This document shows positions 61,018 through 64,000 of a stretch of DNA of 64,000 nucleotides, piece after piece. Position 1 is the stretch's first letter. Every line of letters starts with the position of its first letter. The DNA lies in the NCBI GenBank assembly GCA_963677485.1, contig OY781964.1:1312001-1376000 (forward strand), given 5' to 3'. A program made the translations under genes and the position numbers. Under the pieces are notes generated by a model. That model searched no databases and was not told where the DNA came from. It saw only the letters and a list, made by a program, of their open reading frames with translations. This DNA comes from Armatimonadota bacterium. Lineage in GTDB: Bacteria > Armatimonadota > HRBIN16.

Positions 61018-62196
61018 CTAATGTGCCATCCGCTTGTTGGCCTCGGAGATGATGTCCAGCCGGTAGGCCCTTGAGTTGGTGGCGGTGACATTGCAATCCG
61101 CCTCCTGCCAGGTAAAGTCATACACCCACATCATCGAGAGAGGCACTCCGGTCTTTTCGATCCCATCAATGATCTCCTGGAAGAAGACTTTCTCCAGTTC
61201 GGGTGTGCCCTGGTCAGCCGTGCCAAACTCACCGACCACAAACGGCTTGCCCGCCTTGCGTGAGATCGCCATGCTCTCAGTCATGAACTCATCCACGCTC
61301 ATCTTGCGGCCGTATTTATCCAAACATGGGCTGTAGAAGTGCCCGCTTAGTGTGTTGATGGGGTCCGGGTTGTCGTCAACGAACATGATGGCATACTGGT
61401 GCGGCGTGTCGGCTCTCCAGCTCTTTTCGGTCATCTGGTGGAAGGCTGACTGCCTCGGGAAGGCGTTACCGGTGAAGATGAGTCGCGTCTTGTCGTATTT
61501 GCGCACTTCGGCTCCGAACAGCTTGAATGCGGAGCGCATCATGTCATGGCTGATCTCATCTTCTGCACTTCGGCTGGCGGGAGTTCCTAAATCCGTCGCG
61601 ATCTGAGGACGGTGTTCGGTGGCGTTTGGCAGATCGGCCCCCAGATTCATCTCATTGCCAAACTCCCAGCCCCAGGCGGCCTTCGATTTGCCGTATCGAG
61701 TGATCATCTCTTTAACGAATGTGCGCATAAAGGCGGTGGTTTTGCTCTCCGGATTCGCCCATTGGTTCACCGGCTCGCCCACCATGTCGGATACACAGGG
61801 GTGGTTGAAAAACATGCTGAACACGATACCTACATCGGCTTTTTCCGCCGCCTTGACCACCTTATCCATCCGCCGGTAGAACTCAGGCCTGTCTTTGAGG
61901 TAGAGCTTGTTATCTGTGGGCCAGTAGCCCAACGCCCACATGCGCACGAACGGGATACCTTTCTGCTGCAGCACCTTGAAGCCCTCAATGTAGCTGGTGT
62001 CTTCAGGGTTCGCCAGCGCGCGGGTGAATGCCGAGACATAGTTCACACCGATCGCTCGGTATGGCTTACCATCGCGCAGAACCGTGCCCTCCGCGCCCAC
62101 CGTCAAGCCGCGATTTGTGGCTGCGGCAGCAGGAATCGCCATCATCGATATAATGGTGCTGATTGCCGATAACAACACTACCAATTTGATTTCCAT
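61018..62196 (-). CDS. Secreted GH5-like glycoside hydrolase
   Basis: Signal peptide, IGVNY, WEFGNE (acid/base), HFY, VGEFG (nucleophile). Confidence 0.8.
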   Translation of the reverse strand: MEIKLVVLLSAISTIISMMAIPAAAATNRGLTVGAEGTVLRDGKPYRAIGVNYVSAFTRALANPEDTSYIEGFKVLQQKGIPFVRMWALGYWPTDNKLYLKDRPEFYRRMDKVVKAAEKADVGIVFSMFFNHPCVSDMVGEPVNQWANPESKTTAFMRTFVKEMITRYGKSKAAWGWEFGNEMNLGADLPNATEHRPQIATDLGTPASRSAEDEISHDMMRSAFKLFGAEVRKYDKTRLIFTGNAFPRQSAFHQMTEKSWRADTPHQYAIMFVDDNPDPINTLSGHFYSPCLDKYGRKMSVDEFMTESMAISRKAGKPFVVGEFGTADQGTPELEKVFFQEIIDGIEKTGVPLSMMWVYDFTWQEADCNVTATNSRAYRLDIISEANKRMAH

Positions 62197-62356
62197 ACAT
62201 GCTCCCTAAGCTAACTTACGCGTGATTGATATCGTGCCGAATGCACTTCATTATGGCGTGTAATCGCCATTTCGTGCAATAACCCAAACCTCATATCCAT
62301 AACACATACGCCTTTCATGACGTCTCACTAATATAACGACCTACCGGAGGGGTGCC

Positions 62357-63289
62357 ATGCGTCTGTTCATAGCTTCGCTCATCATGTTTGGGTTGATACC
62401 AGCCGGTGTTCACGCCAAAACTGTGGAATATATCAGCTCCGGCAGCTCCTGGAGATATACTCGGAATGATATACCCTCGGAACAGGCTGCCGCTGTGAAA
62501 CTGAATGACTCGCGCTGGCTTATCGGCCACAGCCCGTTCAGTTCGGTGAAATCCGGACCATTCGCAATGCGCACCAAATGGCCAGCAAATACCACCTTCT
62601 GGGTGCGAAAGCATGTGAACATTAAATACCCTTCGGAGCTCAAGGCTTATGTCGCTGTCGACAACGGGTATGAGTTCTACTGGAATGGTGTGCTGATCAA
62701 CAAGGGTTACGACAAACCGAGCGCGAAGTGGCAATATGTGTTCACAATCCCGGCTCCGGCTGTCCGGAAAGGCCGTAATCTCATCGCCATCAGGCTGATT
62801 GACCGCGGGGGCATCGCCGCCTTTGACATGAAGCTGGTCAAGAGCACCGGTATCGTGTCGGAACAGGGCGTCATCTACAACCCAGACAACCAGCACTACT
62901 ACCGCATCGTCACCACACCGCACGGGCTTTCGTGGGACGATGCCAACACCCTCGCCTTGCAAACGCGGTATCGCAATCTGCAGGGACACCTCGCCACCAT
63001 CACCACCGCAAACGAGAACGCGTTCCTCCTTCAGCACCTTCCAGGCAATGCCTGCCCCTTCTGGCTGGGCGGGTTCCAACCTGACGGGAGTCAAGAACCT
63101 GATGGTGGCTGGCGATGGGTCACCCCAGAGAAGTGGAGCTACACCCACTGGGCGCCTCATGAGCCCAGCAACGGAGCCAACCACGAAAACATGCTGGAAT
63201 TTCGCCCTGACGGCCTGTGGAATGACCAGTATGAAGGAACGAATTTGCAGATTGGTTATATTGTGGAGTTCGAACCCGGCCGTTATTAA
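62357..63289 (+). CDS. Secreted protein: galactose-binding-like domain plus C-type lectin-like domain
   Basis: Signal peptide; VDNG..FYWNG..GRNLIAI; SWDDA, GHLATIT..EN.F, WLGG, WRWVT.E, W...EPSN, WND. Confidence 0.8.
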   Translation: MRLFIASLIMFGLIPAGVHAKTVEYISSGSSWRYTRNDIPSEQAAAVKLNDSRWLIGHSPFSSVKSGPFAMRTKWPANTTFWVRKHVNIKYPSELKAYVAVDNGYEFYWNGVLINKGYDKPSAKWQYVFTIPAPAVRKGRNLIAIRLIDRGGIAAFDMKLVKSTGIVSEQGVIYNPDNQHYYRIVTTPHGLSWDDANTLALQTRYRNLQGHLATITTANENAFLLQHLPGNACPFWLGGFQPDGSQEPDGGWRWVTPEKWSYTHWAPHEPSNGANHENMLEFRPDGLWNDQYEGTNLQIGYIVEFEPGRY

Positions 63290-63333
63290 TCAGCCGCGCT
63301 GGTGCAGGCTGCATTACCATGTCATGGATCGTC

Positions 63334-63658
63334 TCACGCGAAGACGCGAAGGCGCGAAGGGTATGTGACCGCGCTGGTTTTCCATTTAACCACAAATGAA
63401 CACGAATAGACACGAATGGCGAACATCAATCCACAGATGACACAGATGGCACAGACGAGGTAATAAATGGCGCGGTTTACCCTCTGTACGCCGACCCGCG
63501 AAGGGTATGTTGCCGCGCTGGTTTTCCATTTAACCACGAATGAACACGAATAGACACGAATGGGTATCATCTATCCACAGATGCCGTCAGACCACCTCGG
63601 ACATAAGCGAACCACCCCGGCTACACCCCAATCTGTGCCATCTGCGTCATCTGTGGAT
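63334..63658. repeat. Repeat cluster with an ~87-bp direct repeat and inverted 9-nt triplets
   Basis: 63353-63439 vs 63497-63583; 63429-63456 inverted to 63631-63658 (26/28). Confidence 0.88.
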
Positions 63659-63794
63659 CATCTACACCATTAATTCCTTGACTGCGCCAAAATAGCCGAA
63701 AATACCCGGGCTAATCACCCGATTACCATCGTCTTATATCTAGTGTTTCAACATCACCTGGTCGACAGACCGCTTTCTGTCAGGAGGACTAGAT

Positions 63795-64000
63795 TTGGCT
63801 AAACATCTATACATGTTTCTCATCGCAGTCATGCTATTTGCTGCAACGTCGGCATTCGCGGCTCTACCCACATACGAGTTCGCTTCACAAGCCGATGTCA
63901 ATACCTGGACGGGCCAGCACAGCATCAGCTCGAAGCTCTATGTGAATGGCAGTATGGAGCTCACCCTCTCTGGGGATGACCCCTACATCACCGGTCCGGC
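63795..64000 (+). CDS. Secreted protein, N-terminus only (runs off the window)
   Basis: AGGAGG RBS, TTG start, MAKHLYMFLIAVMLFAATSAFAA signal peptide, then W...H...G....GDDP module like the one in 23361-26729. Confidence 0.7.
   Translation, partial: MAKHLYMFLIAVMLFAATSAFAALPTYEFASQADVNTWTGQHSISSKLYVNGSMELTLSGDDPYITGP

Noticed and set aside
63353-63583. CRISPR array
   Set aside because: Only two long (87-bp) units, no regular repeat-spacer series, and no cas genes; the other repeat clusters are also irregular.

Overview
A 64-kb window of a bacterial chromosome. Secreted proteins with a C-terminal dockerin-like pair, poly-Gly lipoproteins, Firmicute-style chemotaxis genes and darA suggest an anaerobic Terrabacteria lineage such as Armatimonadota; this is inference only. 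Left to right: a chemotaxis operon (MCP-cheW-A-R-Y-X-C-D-B), a CapD-like dehydratase, darA-holB-PAP2, a RibD-type reductase, a complete F1F0 ATP synthase operon, OsmC, several secreted glycoside-hydrolase-like genes, a sulfatase, two paralogous multi-PAS histidine kinases, an hdrCBA-flxDCBA electron-bifurcation operon, two Eis-like GNATs, a clostripain lipoprotein, cdsA, tatD and more CAZyme-like genes. The highlight is an IS110-family element (57196-58991) whose RNA-guided (bridge RNA) logic can be read directly from the sequence. Its left non-coding end contains loops that match the chromosomal target (GAACCGCCC-CT-ACG, a GTAG-type REP that also occurs uninterrupted at 12701) and the element's own circle junction (ACAGTAT-CT-AG). 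Joining the two ends creates a TTGACA-17-TACGCT promoter. The recombinase gene is frameshifted. Intergenic regions carry a modular family of repeats (GTAG REPs, GCCAATC hairpins, 8-10-nt triplet repeats in inverted pairs, a MITE-like element) and a candidate ~130-nt sRNA. No CRISPR array, rRNA or tRNA was seen.
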